Position numbers and translations under genes: made by a program. A stretch of 64,000 bases of DNA from Macrostomum hystrix (lineage: Eukaryota; Animalia; Platyhelminthes): contig CATNEN010000031.1 in NCBI GenBank assembly GCA_950097015.1, positions 682,001 to 746,000 on the forward strand. Reading direction: 5' to 3'. How positions within the stretch are numbered: position 1 is the first letter of the stretch; each line of letters starts with the position of its first letter. A model generated the notes under the pieces. That model did not search any database, was not told where the DNA came from, and saw nothing but the letters and a program-made list of their open reading frames with translations. Positions 23,862-34,614 of the stretch are shown here, piece by piece.

Positions 23862-24105
23862 CTCTCGCTCGCTAAGCCTGGCCCGCAGGCTCTGAATGGC
23901 TTCAACGTCCTCCGGTCGCGGATCCCGCTTCTTCAACCGGTCCTCGCTGTCTTCAAGCCGCTGCTTATAGTCCAAAATCTTCATCTTCAGCAGCTCCTGC
24001 GCCTTGGAGAACTCAGTGATGACGCGCTGCTTCTCGACTGCGGCCTCCTCCCGAACCTTCAGCAGCCTCGCCTCGTATTGTATTGAGATTTCTTCTTCTC
24101 GTTTT
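23841..24105 (-). CDS. FAM184A: FAM184A/B-like, exon 7
   Basis: ttcccag| (73-nt intron, phase 2) ... GTG|GTGAGT; EFSKAQELLK...RDPRPEDVEAI matches FAM184 DFNKAQEVLK...RESKPEDIQMI. Confidence 0.9.
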
Positions 24106-24178
24106 CTGGGAATTCGGCGGAGAATGAGTCAGAGGCGGGCCAGCGAAAATACCCCAATTTGCAGCTCCCTTCACTCAC

Positions 24179-25641
24179 CTGATTCCATCCTCAAATTCGG
24201 CCTTGGCCGCCGTCGTCTCGCGACCCTTCGCATCCAGGCTTCGCCGCAGCACCATCGCCTCCTCGCGGGCGGCCTCAGCGTCCCTCAGCAGCTTATCGAT
24301 CTTGCGCTCGCGCTCGGCACAGTCGGCCCGCAATGAATCGGCGCGCTGCGCAAGCGCCCGCTCGCGCGCCTCCGCTTCCGCCTTGGCCTGCTCCAGAGCC
24401 GCCTGCATCGCCGTCAGCTGCTGACGGTAGCTCGACGAATGGCCGTCAAGTTCGGCGGCGAATCGTCCAACCATCTCGCTGCGCGCCTGCTCCTTCTCCC
24501 GCTCCATTCGGCTGGTCAGCTCGTCCAGCGATCGCTGCTTGGCCTGCTCCAGCTCCAGCCGAAGCTTCTCCAGTTCGGCGCGTGCTTCCAGCTCCGCTCG
24601 ACGCTTCGCCTCGGCGGCGAGGCCGCTACCCGCCGACTGCAGCTCCAGCAGCTGCCTGTTCAGGCTGTCCCGCGTCGACGCCAGCTCGCTGTCTTTCTCC
24701 CGGCGCAGCCGGTCCAGCTCGCTGGCTGCGCGACCCTCCGCCGCCTGCAGCTCCCTGCGAAGCGCTGACGCCTGCTTTTCGGCTTCAACGCACGCCTCCT
24801 CCAGCCGCGCCTGCCAGGCCGCCTCGGCCGTTACGGCCGCGTCCCGCAATGCATCGATTTCAGCTTTGAGCTTCCGCTCGCGCGCCTCAGCCAGACGCGC
24901 CGCCTCCGCTGCCTCCTCCTCCTTGAGCTTCTTGAAGGCTTTGAGTCCGGCCTGGCTGTCGGCCTTGCTCTGAATATCGTACTCCTGACGCAGCTTGGCC
25001 GTCTCGCGGCGCAGCGTGTCAGCCCACTTCTTGTCCAGCTCGGCTGACAGCTCGTTCATCTTCTGGTTGAGATCTTTCTTGGACTCTTTCAGCCGCTGCT
25101 CGTACACGCCCCGCAACCGCTCCAGCTCTTGCCGCAGCCGAGCCGCCTCCGCTGATTCCGCCTTGGCGCGGCCGACTGCCTCGTCCGTCTCCGCCTGCAG
25201 GCGCGCCTTCTCCGCCTTCAGCGCCTCCAGCGTCTCCGAGGCGGAGCCAAGGCCCGACTCCTTGTCTCGCAGGAGGCCCTCCAGCTCGCGCAGCCTCTCG
25301 TCGCGCGCCTTCACCAACGCCTCCAGCTCACGCCTGAACCTGGTCAGCTCTTTCTGCGCCTCTTTCTTATCCTTCTCCGCGGCGCCACGCGCCAACTCGA
25401 GCTTCGCGGCGTTCTCCTGATTGAGCAGCTCCACCTCCGAGTCGAAGCCGGCCTTCTGCTTCTTCAACTCATCCTGATACTTCTTTAGCGCCAGCTTGGC
25501 CTCTTTATCTTGCTTCTGGAGCAGGGTGCGCTCCTTAGAGTCCATCTCGGCCAGCAGTCGCTGCTTCTCCTCCTCGGCCTGCCGCTCCGCCTGCAGCTTC
25601 TCCTCGCGCAGCTGCTGCAGTTGCTGCTCCAGCTTCTGGAC
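24179..25641 (-). CDS. FAM184A: FAM184A/B-like, exon 6 (long coiled coil)
   Basis: ttcgcag| ... AG|GTGAGT; heptad-rich E/K/L/A ORF 24175..25545 extended to the acceptor in frame. Confidence 0.9.
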
Positions 25642-25769
25642 CTGCGAAGCCGAGGCAGAGAAAAATAAGCGAGCTAAATTCCTAAAATCTATGAAAAATG
25701 TGATTTCACAAATTTCACATGAAAATTTTCACATGAAATAAAATGTGAAAAATCTTCGAAGAGCCTTAG

Positions 25770-25937
25770 AAAGAGGAGCCTGAGGAAGAGGAGCCTGAGG
25801 AAGAGGAGCCTGAGGAAGAGGAGCCTGAGGAAGAGGAGCCTGAGGAAGAGGAGCCTGAGGAAGAGGAGCCTGAGGAAGAGGAGCCTGAGGAAGAGGAGCC
25901 TGAGGAAGAGGAGCCTGAGGAAGAGGAGCCTGAGGAA
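25770..25937. repeat. 15-bp minisatellite (GAGGAGCCTGAGGAA)n in FAM184 intron 5
   Basis: Direct tandem copies. Confidence 0.95.
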
Positions 25938-26007
25938 AAGGAGTTTGAGTAAAGGAGCTTGAGAAGGAGGAGTCTGAGGATGAGAAGCCTGATCACTCAT
26001 CACGCAC

Positions 26008-26171
26008 CTGCTTCTCGGCCTGCCGCAGCAGCCCATCTTGCTCTCGTCCCTTATCGCTCTGCTGTCGCTCCAGCTCGTCGCAGCGCCGTTGCAGCTGGGC
26101 CAGCTCGTCCACCTGACGCCGGATGGTGCCCTCATGCTGCAGCACTGACGCCTGCAGCTCGCCTATTGACT
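26008..26171 (-). CDS. FAM184A: FAM184A/B-like, exon 5
   Basis: ttcgcag| (phase 1) ... CAG|GTGCGT; open coiled-coil frame ESIGELQASV...QAEKQ. Confidence 0.85.
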
Positions 26172-26315
26172 CTGCGAATGGACATTGTTGGTTTTGGATG
26201 AATTATGAGATTAAGCATCTAGGCTGAGGTTATCGAATCTTCTGGGATTTTTGAGGGCCACTAGGACCTTTCACATAGCAGGGAACTAAATCCTGGACCT
26301 CAATTTTAAACTTAC

Positions 26316-26436
26316 CGGACTTCTTCACAATGTCCTTGAGCTGTTGCTCACACTTGTCTGTAGCAGTCTGCAGCTCGATGCGCAAGCTTCTAACAGACTC
26401 CTGCTGAGTCTTCAGGTCGTCTAAAGAAGTCTTCAG
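26316..26436 (-). CDS. FAM184A: FAM184A/B-like, exon 4
   Basis: aacttcag| ... G|GTAAGT; LKTSLDDLKTQQE...IVKKS. Confidence 0.85.
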
Positions 26437-26483
26437 CTGAAGTTTGAGAAAATTTAAGCAGGTCAATCAGATTTGGTAACATT

Positions 26484-26778
26484 GTGACAGTCAGATGGGG
26501 TGACAGTCAGATGGGGTGACAGTCAGATGGGGTGACAGTCAGATGGGGTGACAGTCAGATGGGGTGACAGTCAGATGGGGTGACAGTCAGATGGGGTGAC
26601 AGTCAGATGGGGTGACAGTCAGATGGGGTGACAGTCAGATGGGGTGACAGTCAGATGGGGTGACAGTCAGATGGGGTGACAGTCAGGTGGGGTGACAGTC
26701 AGATGGTGTGACAGTCAGATGGGGTGACAGTCAGATGGGGTGACAGTCAGATGGGGTGACAGTCAGATGGGGTGACAG
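26484..26778. repeat. 16-bp minisatellite (GTGACAGTCAGATGGG)n in FAM184 intron 3
   Basis: Direct tandem copies. Confidence 0.95.
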
Positions 26779-26814
26779 TGTGACAGCTCAATCCTAGCCA
26801 GCGTGCAGACAGAC

Positions 26815-27396
26815 CTCTGCTGCCAGCCGGGCGATCTCGGCGTCCTTGGCCGAGTCAGATTGGCCGACGCTGCTGAGCTCCAGTCGCAGCCGCTCGGCCA
26901 CATCCTCAGCCTTGGCGAGCTTTTCGATAAGTCCCTGACGCTCCTTCCTGGCGTCGGCCTGGTGCGTCAGGTGCTCTTTGCGCAGCTCGTCGTGCTGCCG
27001 CTTTAGTCGTTCGAGTTCTTCGGTCTTGCCAGACTCCATCTGAGTCCGGATGGCTTCCAGTTCCTTCTGATGAAACTGCTGCTGCTTCTTCAGCTTGTCC
27101 TCGTAGTCCTGGGCGTCCTTGCTGCGGCCGGCCTGCTCCTGCTCCAGTCGGCTGCGCAGGCCGTCGATTTCAGCCTTGTAGTTTTCGTGCACCTTCTGGG
27201 TGGCGCCATTCAGCGACGCCTCGATGTCGCGCTGGCTGCGGTTCACCTCGTCCAGCTTCTTCTCGTAGGCGGATTTCTGCTCGTCCAGCGCTCGCTGCCT
27301 AGCAGTTTTGGCCTCGCTCAGCAGGCCCTGGAATCGCTCGATTGCTCTGTCGTAGGCCTCCTGAAGATCTGCCACCTGCTTGGTCATGTCTTTGGC
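26815..27396 (-). CDS. FAM184A: FAM184A/B-like, exon 3
   Basis: ttggtag| ... GAG|GTCTGT; coiled-coil ORF 26794..27387. Confidence 0.87.
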
Positions 27397-27731
27397 CTAC
27401 CAAATTTGAATTCGGAAATTCGACCGACTTTTTTTGGTTTCTTGCTTATTACGGAAATAAAGGATGACTGAATTAACGTATACGCTCGTAAACAGGACTC
27501 ATATTTTATGGGAAAACTTTTTCTCGAAAATGAAGTTGCAAATCAAAATTATAAATTTACCCCATTATATTATTATATACTAAGGTGAGATAATTTTTAA
27601 AGATCCCAGTGAAAATTTATTTCTTTTTAAATGAAGCCATTTTTGTCAAATTCCATAGGCTCCGAGTGTTGCATCCTTTTACTTTCTCGATGAAAATATT
27701 TCTCAAACCCCGCAGTTTTCAGGTGACGCAC

Positions 27732-28022
27732 CTTCTGAGCCTGCTGCTGAGCCAACTCACGCTCCCGACTCTCTACGCGCACTTTGAAGTCGGCGAATTC
27801 GCGCAGACTGGCTGCCTGTCGGTCCTGGGCCTCGGCTAGCGAGCCCTCTAGTTGGCCGATGCGCCGCCTGTACTCGCTGTCCTGCCCGATGAGGCTCTGG
27901 CAGCGGGCCAGCTTCTCACGGCTGCTGGCTAGCACGCGCTCGAGCTCCGCAGCGTGCTGCTTCTTTAGCGCGTCGACCAGCGCTTCGTGTTCGTCGTTTT
28001 TAGTGTTAAGCGCGTAAATCAC
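27732..28022 (-). CDS. FAM184A: FAM184A/B-like, exon 2
   Basis: ttaacag|VIYALNTKNDEHE... is a diagnostic FAM184 N-terminal motif; donor AAG|GTGCGT. Confidence 0.95.
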
Positions 28023-28905
28023 CTGTTAAATGACAATGAGAGGGGAGGATGGGAGTTACTCCTGCAGGTGCGGCATTTAAGACGCGCGCATTTTTAATTT
28101 TCTTTGAAGTTTCGAATAAAAAGTTTTTAATTGTGAGGTAAACAAGAAATATATACAGCTTTGCTCAGTTGAGTACGAAACGCAAGAATGTTTGTGCGCC
28201 AGTGATAAGGACAGTTGGACCGTTGTGGACTTAAAAATTTTTTTTATTATGAAAAATGCTAAATAATGTACTCATGATTTGAGCCCGAAAAATCATATTC
28301 ATAAACATGAGAAGATGGGTGACGTACAAAAGTACACACTGATGCCTCCCTGATATTAGTTAAGCATTAGTTGTACAAGGAAAGAGTTGTGTTAAAATTT
28401 TACTAGGCGAGCAGTTTTACATGTCGAAACTTGAGATTTAAATTCTCATTCTCACTTTCTGTTCTTTGAGTTTCTAAAAACCTACCCATGCATGACAAAA
28501 AATACTCTCCGAATCCATTTTGAATCTGAAATTTGGGAAATTCAACATAACTTTATACTGCCCTTTTGTCTACCGTTGCAGATATAAGGCCTTACTTATT
28601 TCAAATTCAGCTATCTAAGCATAATTACCTTTTTTTCAATGGTATTTAATGGGAAAAAAGGATGCAATGACATACAATGATAAATTTAGCGTATGTATTT
28701 GGTTGGGTGTGTTTTATGCGCCATAAAATATTTTGTCAATCTTTCATTTAACCCGAAAAGCAGGTTCCGGTATTCAGTTATTGACATTTGTGAAAACCAA
28801 CAATATTGGTAAATATAATGACTTTATTTTTCAACAAAAAATAATGCAAATAAAATACTCCAGCAGCTTTCTTATGTGGGAAAACGAAACAGCAAAACTT
28901 CATAC

Positions 28906-29031
28906 CTTAGTGAGTTGCGCTATTTTCTTGCTCATTTTTACATGTATCTCGTGCGGTACTTCATCGCTAGTAAAGTTACCGCTTACATACTGCTTATCTG
29001 TCATTTTGAAGCCGGCAGTTGCAGCCGACAT
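28906..29031 (-). CDS. FAM184A: FAM184A/B-like, first coding exon (not in ORF track)
   Basis: MSAATAGFKM...EIHVKMSKKIAQLTK|gtatga matches FAM184 MHLKMSKKIAQLTK. The nine-exon model is phase-consistent: 3315 nt, 1104 aa. Confidence 0.92.
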
Positions 29032-30680
29032 GTTGCTACTACAGGGCTTAACAAAATAAATATAATAGTGAGAAATGACAAACTACATTTGCGCGCGGTA
29101 TCTACTGTAAGCAAATTACCCAAACTATGTAAAGCTTCCATTTATTAGTCTTACGAAAAAGTATAAGTATCTGGCAATCGATCGACATTTTATACATTAT
29201 CACGATTTGCCTACGATTTACTTAGTTATAACTAATGCGGCGGAGATCGATGTAGCACTTTTTTAAAATGCAATAATATTACCAAATTGACACCTAGAGC
29301 TCGTCCGTTATCCATAGTGCAGATTAGATGCAGTTTAAAATGTCTTGTTTATTTCTTTCTATCCCTACTCTGTCTTAATATAATTTAACTAAATACTAAT
29401 ACATTCAAAATAATGTTTTAACATATTTATTTTTTAAAGATTAAAAAAATAACTGATTCTCACTAGGATATATCTTGAAAGTATTGAGAGTATCACTTAT
29501 AACATAAACTAAATCTATAGGTAGATGTAGAGTTATAAATTTTATAATCACTGCATGTGAAATATTCGCATCTAATTTTTAATGGCCGTAGTTTTTATTG
29601 TTAGTAATGATTTTATTAAATAAAATTATAAAGTTAAATTATCAAGAATAGATGAAACAAAAGAATCATAGATTGATCTCATGCTAGAATCGCTGCTAGC
29701 TAGATCCGAAGCTATTTAGAATTGAGTCTGAGTTTATGTAAAGACGTTATAACCAAGAGTAAAATAAGTTTTGAATACATATTGCATTATTAAAGTACAT
29801 TTTACCCATTTTGTTTGATTCATCTTTGTTCACCATTCATCTAAATGTATCTTCATAATTCGATGAAATGAGAGTCATAAAAATCTAACTCATTCTAGCT
29901 ATTGTCTTGAAAGCTAGACAAAATAAGGCAAAATTCAAGTTCATATTGATACTGTATACTATTGAACTTCACTAATGTAAAATGTATCATTGTGTCAAAA
30001 TTCACAAAAAGCTTATTAACTGAAAAATAAAACTCCTACAATATTTGAGGATTTAAAATCTAAAGATTAAGAACTAAATAGGTCTCCTTCATTTAGCCTG
30101 AGTTAGTATAGGCTTGAGTGGCAATGAATAGTCATTCCTATCATTCTCTCCAACAGATCCTCATTGTTTAGCTGTCTTTCTGTCTGTCAGATCTTGATTG
30201 TATTGCTGTCATTCTGACAGATTCTGGAAAAAAGAGAACAATTATTTAAGAAATATATTTTATATGCTTAATTTATCTGACTTAAATTGTGTTTTTTGTC
30301 TCAAAATTTTACTAAAAAGTCATCTGAAGTCATGGTCTAGTTTAAAGAAATATCCATTTGTATAAAAATTACTTCCTTATTCAATGGAAGTAAATATGTA
30401 TGATTCGTAGCATAATTTTTGCAGTATTGTCACATTGTGTTTTTAGAATAATGTAAAATATGTAATTTATGCAGTAACAAATCATTGGCGAAACTATTCG
30501 TCGCACATATCATTTTAAAGCATAGTTTGGCATCAGAGTCGGGCATACACTCTGGCTTGAGAGTTCGTGTTTTTGTTTTAATTTTCGCTTAAAGTGGAAA
30601 ATGTCTGTCGGGGAACGCATGCATTAAAACATCCATCTGTCACCCGAAAACAACTGCAGCCACATGTGCCTGCCTAGCAG

Positions 30681-30992
30681 ATGGGCCAGCGCTACTCCAA
30701 GCATCGTCATAAGCCGCAGATCTCCAAGCAGCAGATACCCTGGCTGCTACGTGGCGCTATTCGATCTAACAATGTCGAAACCCTCACCTACCTGTTCTCA
30801 TATCCCAACGACGTTGATCCCAGCATGGTAATTGACGGCGTGTGCCCGCTCAACCTGGCCGTTGAGCTCGGCCACGTCCAGATGGTGAAACTGCTACTCA
30901 AAGCCGGCGCCAATATTCACGTGTATGACGCGCCCACCTACCCACTACTGCAGGCCGCCACCTATGGCCGGACTGAGATTATCGAGCTACTA
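30681..30992 (+). CDS. Ankyrin repeat and SOCS box protein (ASB-like), exon 1
   Basis: Ankyrin motifs (GVCPLNLAVELGHVQMVKLLLKAGAN; YPLLQAATYGRTEIIELL); donor CTA|GTAAGT. ATG follows an acceptor-like cctagcag. Model 30681-30992, 31213-31725, 33712-34473 gives 528 aa. Confidence 0.88.
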
Positions 30993-31212
30993 GTAAGTAG
31001 CGCCTGTGATCACAGGTTGCACCTGTGATCACCTGCACAGCTCTTTGTTAATATTTGAAACTCCTTTATTATACCGTCCTGAACTGTCACCTTCTCAAAG
31101 CTTTACTTTCCTGAACTGCTGTCACCCTCCCAAAGCTTTACTGTCCTGAACTGTCACTCTCTCGAAACAGATTTCAGTTTCTTAGAAACAATGCCATTTT
31201 CTCGCCCTACAG

Positions 31213-31725
31213 GTGAAATCCAACGCCGATGTGAACATGCGCAATCAGCACCTGCAAACTGGGCTGCACCTCATAGCTACACAGACCTCTGAGAAGTACA
31301 GGGCCACCTGTCGCGCATTGCTGCAGAACGACTGCAATCCCAACCTACTGGACACGGACGGCCTGGCGCCGCTGCATCGCGCCAGCGCCCAGATCGCAGC
31401 CGAGATGGTCCAGTTCCCCAGCGTCGATGTCAATCTCAAAAGTGAAAGCGGCGACACCGCACTCACCTCGGCTGTGAAAGACCGTCGAGAGGCTGTGGTC
31501 GGCGCTCTGCTGAAGTCTGAGTCGCTCAGGCTGGAGGACACTGACCAGATAGGCATGACTCCGCTCATGATTGCCGCCGAGCTGGGCGCCAGCGGCGTTG
31601 GCCTTGCCGCCCTCCTGCTGGCTGCGGGCAGTTCGGCCAGCAAAACTGATAAGCAGGGCATGACTGCACTGCATCATGCTGCTTATACTGGCTGCCTGTC
31701 CATGACTCAGCTTCTGCTGAGCCAG
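31213..31725 (+). CDS. ASB-like, exon 2 (ankyrin repeats)
   Basis: cctacag| ... CAG|GTAGGC; TGLHLIA, APLHRA, TPLMIAAE, TALHHAA ankyrin motifs. Confidence 0.92.
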
Positions 31726-31764
31726 GTAGGCTTACCTGTTATGCATTAATGGTTAGGTCTGGAG

Positions 31765-32985
31765 TTTAAAGATAGGCTCTGGGGTTTAAGAATAGGCTCT
31801 GGGGTTTAAGAATAGGCTCTGGGGTTTAAGAATAGGCTCTGGGGTTTAAGAATAGGCTCTGGGGTTTAAGAATAGGCTCTGGGGTTTAAGAATAGGCTCT
31901 GGGGTTTAAGAATAGGCTCTGGGGTTTAAGAATAGGCTCTGGGGTTTAAGAATATGCTCTGGGGTTTAAAGATAGGCTCTGGGGTTTAAGAATAGGCTCT
32001 GGGGTTTAAGAATAGGCTCTGGGGTTTAAGAATAGGCTCTGGGGTTTAAGAATAGGCTCTGGGGTTTAAGAATATGCTCTGGGGTTTAAAGATAGGCTCT
32101 GTGGTTTAAGAATAGGCTCTGGGGTTTAAGAATATGCTCTGGGGTTTAAAGATAGGCTCTGGGGTTTAAGAATATGCTCTGGGGTTTAAAGATAGGCTCT
32201 GGGGTTTAAGAATAGGCTCTGTGGTTTAAGAATAGGCTCTGGGGTTTTAAGATAGTCTCTGTGGTTTAAGAATAGGCTCTGGGGTTTAAGAATAGGCTCT
32301 GGGGTTTAAGAATAGGCTCTGGGGTTTAAAGATAGGCTCTGTGGTTTAAGAATAGGCTCTGGGGTTTAAGAATAGGCTCTGGGGTTTAAGAATAGGCTCT
32401 GGGGTTTAAGAATAGGCTCTGGGGTTTAAGAATAGGCTCTGGGGTTTAAGAATAGGCTCTGGGGTTTAAGAATAGGCTCTGGGGTTTAAGAATATGCTCT
32501 GGGGTTTAAAGATAGGCTCTGTGGTTTAAGAATAGGCTCTGGGGTTTAAGAATATGCTCTGGGGTTTAAAGATAGGCTCTGGGGTTTAAGAATATGCTCT
32601 GGGGTTTAAAGATAGGCTCTGGGGTTTAAGAATAGGCTCTGTGGTTTAAGAATAGGCTCTGGGGTTTTAAGATAGTCTCTGTGGTTTAAGAATAGGCTCT
32701 GGGGTTTAAGAATAGGCTCTGGGGTTTAAGAATAGGCTCTGGGGTTTAAAGATAGGCTCTGTGGTTTAAGAATAGGCTCTGGGGTTTAAGAATAGGCTCT
32801 GGGGTTTAAGAATAGGCTCTGGGGTTTAAGAATAGGCTCCGGGGTTTAAGAATAGGCTCTGTGGTTTACGGATAGGCTCTGTGGTTTAAGAATAGGCTCT
32901 GGGGTTTAAGAATAGGCTCTGTGGTTTAAGAATAGGCTCTGGGGTTTAAGAGTAGGCTCCTTGGTTTAAAGATAGGCTATGGGGT
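31765..32985. repeat. 20-bp minisatellite (ATAGGCTCTGGGGTTTAAGA)n in ASB intron 2, with a 420-bp higher-order period
   Basis: Direct tandem copies; the variant block GGGGTTTTAAGATAGTCTCT occurs at 32241 and 32661. Confidence 0.95.
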
Positions 32986-33002
32986 TTATAGATAGCTCTT
33001 CA

Positions 33003-33520
33003 GGATTTGAGGATAGCTAGTCTAGTATCTGGGATTTGAGGATAGCTAATCTAGTATCTTGGATTTGAGGATAGCTAGTCTAGTATCTGGGATTTGAGGA
33101 TAGCTAATCTAGTATCTTGGATTTGAGGATAGCTAATCTAGTATCTGGGATTTGAGTATAGCTAGTCTAGTATCTGGGATTTGAGGATAGCTAGTCTAGT
33201 ATCTGGGATTTGAGGATAGCTAATCTAGTGTCTGGGATTTGAGGATAGCTAGTCTAGTATCTGGGATTTGAGGATAGCTAATCTAGTATCTGGGATTTGA
33301 GGATAGCTAGTCTAGTATCTGGGATTTGAGGATAGCTAATCTAGTATCTGGGATTTGAGGATAGCTAATCTAGTATCTGGGATTTGAGGATAGCTTTGGG
33401 GTTTGAGGTTTGAGGTATCTGGGATTTGAGGATAGCTAATCTAGTATCTGGGATTTGAGGATAGCTAATCTAGTATCTGGGATATGAGGATAGCTAGTCT
33501 AGTCTCAGGAATTTGAGGAT
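33003..33520. repeat. 29-bp minisatellite (GGGATTTGAGGATAGCTAATCTAGTATCT)n in ASB intron 2
   Basis: Direct tandem copies. Confidence 0.95.
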
Positions 33521-33711
33521 AAACTGTGATTTGAAAATAGTGTCTTGGACATGCATTAAGACACGCATTGGTCGTTATGGATTTATTATTCTAGCTATTC
33601 TACTATTGTATTCTAGCTAACCTTCTCCGATCAATAGCTCCTTAGCTTCAATTTAACATTTACCTTTGAGTCCAGAATAATCCTAGGGCGTTTTCTCCCT
33701 CTCACACGCAG

Positions 33712-34473
33712 GGCAACGCTTCAATCAATAGCACGGATTCCTACGGCCGGTCACCGCTGTACCTGGCCACTAGTCGGGGCCACGTTGAACTAGTGAATTA
33801 TTTCTTATCCAAGGGAGCCGATGTACACCTGCCCAACAAGGAGCTGAAGTCTCCAATGTACATTGCCGCCTACTTTGGCCACCTGGAGATTGTCCAAGCT
33901 CTGCTGCGCTCCGAGGCCGATGTTGACCAGCCGGACACGCACAAGAAGACACCGCTTTATGTGGCTACCTATCACGGCCGCACGGACATTGTGGACTTGC
34001 TGCTCCGCCACGGCTCTGATGTGAACGCAGCCGATCGCAATGGTAAAACTCCTCTATACATTGCCGTACTGCACGGTCACCTGGCCATAGCCGACAAGCT
34101 AATTAGACACGGCGCCCAGGTTAACCGCTGCGACAAGGACGGCCTGGCGCCGCTGCATATGGCTGTCAAGTTTCCTAAGCTGGACATCCCAATGGTAAAG
34201 CTGCTGCTGTCGCATGGCTGCGACCCACTCAATCTGCACGCATTCACCCGCTGGCTGCTGGAGAATCAGATCATACCGGATAAGATCATTCATGCCGATC
34301 AGGACTTCTCAGACTGGCTGCACAGGGAGGAGTGCAATGTGCGCTCTCTGAAGCGACTCTGCCGCAACGAGATTCAGCGAGCCCTTGGACACACGGATTC
34401 AATGAAGCACAAGGTGAATAAGCTGCCACTGCCCAATCAGCTGCAGAGCTACGTTTCACTTAAGGCACTCTGA
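33712..34473 (+). CDS. ASB-like, exon 3 (ankyrin repeats plus C-terminal SOCS box)
   Basis: cacgcag|GNASINSTDSYGRSPLYLA...; repeated TPLY(I/V)A ankyrins; SOCS box RSLKRLCRNEIQRAL...KLPLPNQLQSYV*. Confidence 0.94.
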   Translation, partial: GNASINSTDSYGRSPLYLATSRGHVELVNYFLSKGADVHLPNKELKSPMYIAAYFGHLEIVQALLRSEADVDQPDTHKKTPLYVATYHGRTDIVDLLLRHGSDVNAADRNGKTPLYIAVLHGHLAIADKLIRHGAQVNRCDKDGLAPLHMAVKFPKLDIPMVKLLLSHGCDPLNLHAFTRWLLENQIIPDKIIHADQDFSDWLHREECNVRSLKRLCRNEIQRALGHTDSMKHKVNKLPLPNQLQSYVSLKAL

Positions 34474-34614
34474 CATTCCACACTCAAAGCTGTAGCAGAT
34501 GTTTTACTGAGATTATGATGCTCTTCTGGTCTGTAGAGATTGTGAATTAACTAAATAGTTTCTGTGCGACATTCATCAAATTATGGCATAAACTATGGAT
34601 CAAAAGCTATATTC

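Noticed and set aside
16344-23895. Repeat ORFs at 16344, 17945, 20167, 23178 and 23233
   Set aside because: Each is a translation of a tandem array with no supporting splice or codon evidence.
24004-25741. Many plus-strand ORFs over FAM184 exon 6 (similarly antisense ORFs over the channel, ASB and 55460 genes)
   Set aside because: Antisense or off-frame shadows of GC-rich coding sequence.
31765-32985. Telomere-like GGGGTTT motif array
   Set aside because: The unit is 20 bp, not TTAGGG-type, and it lies inside an intron.
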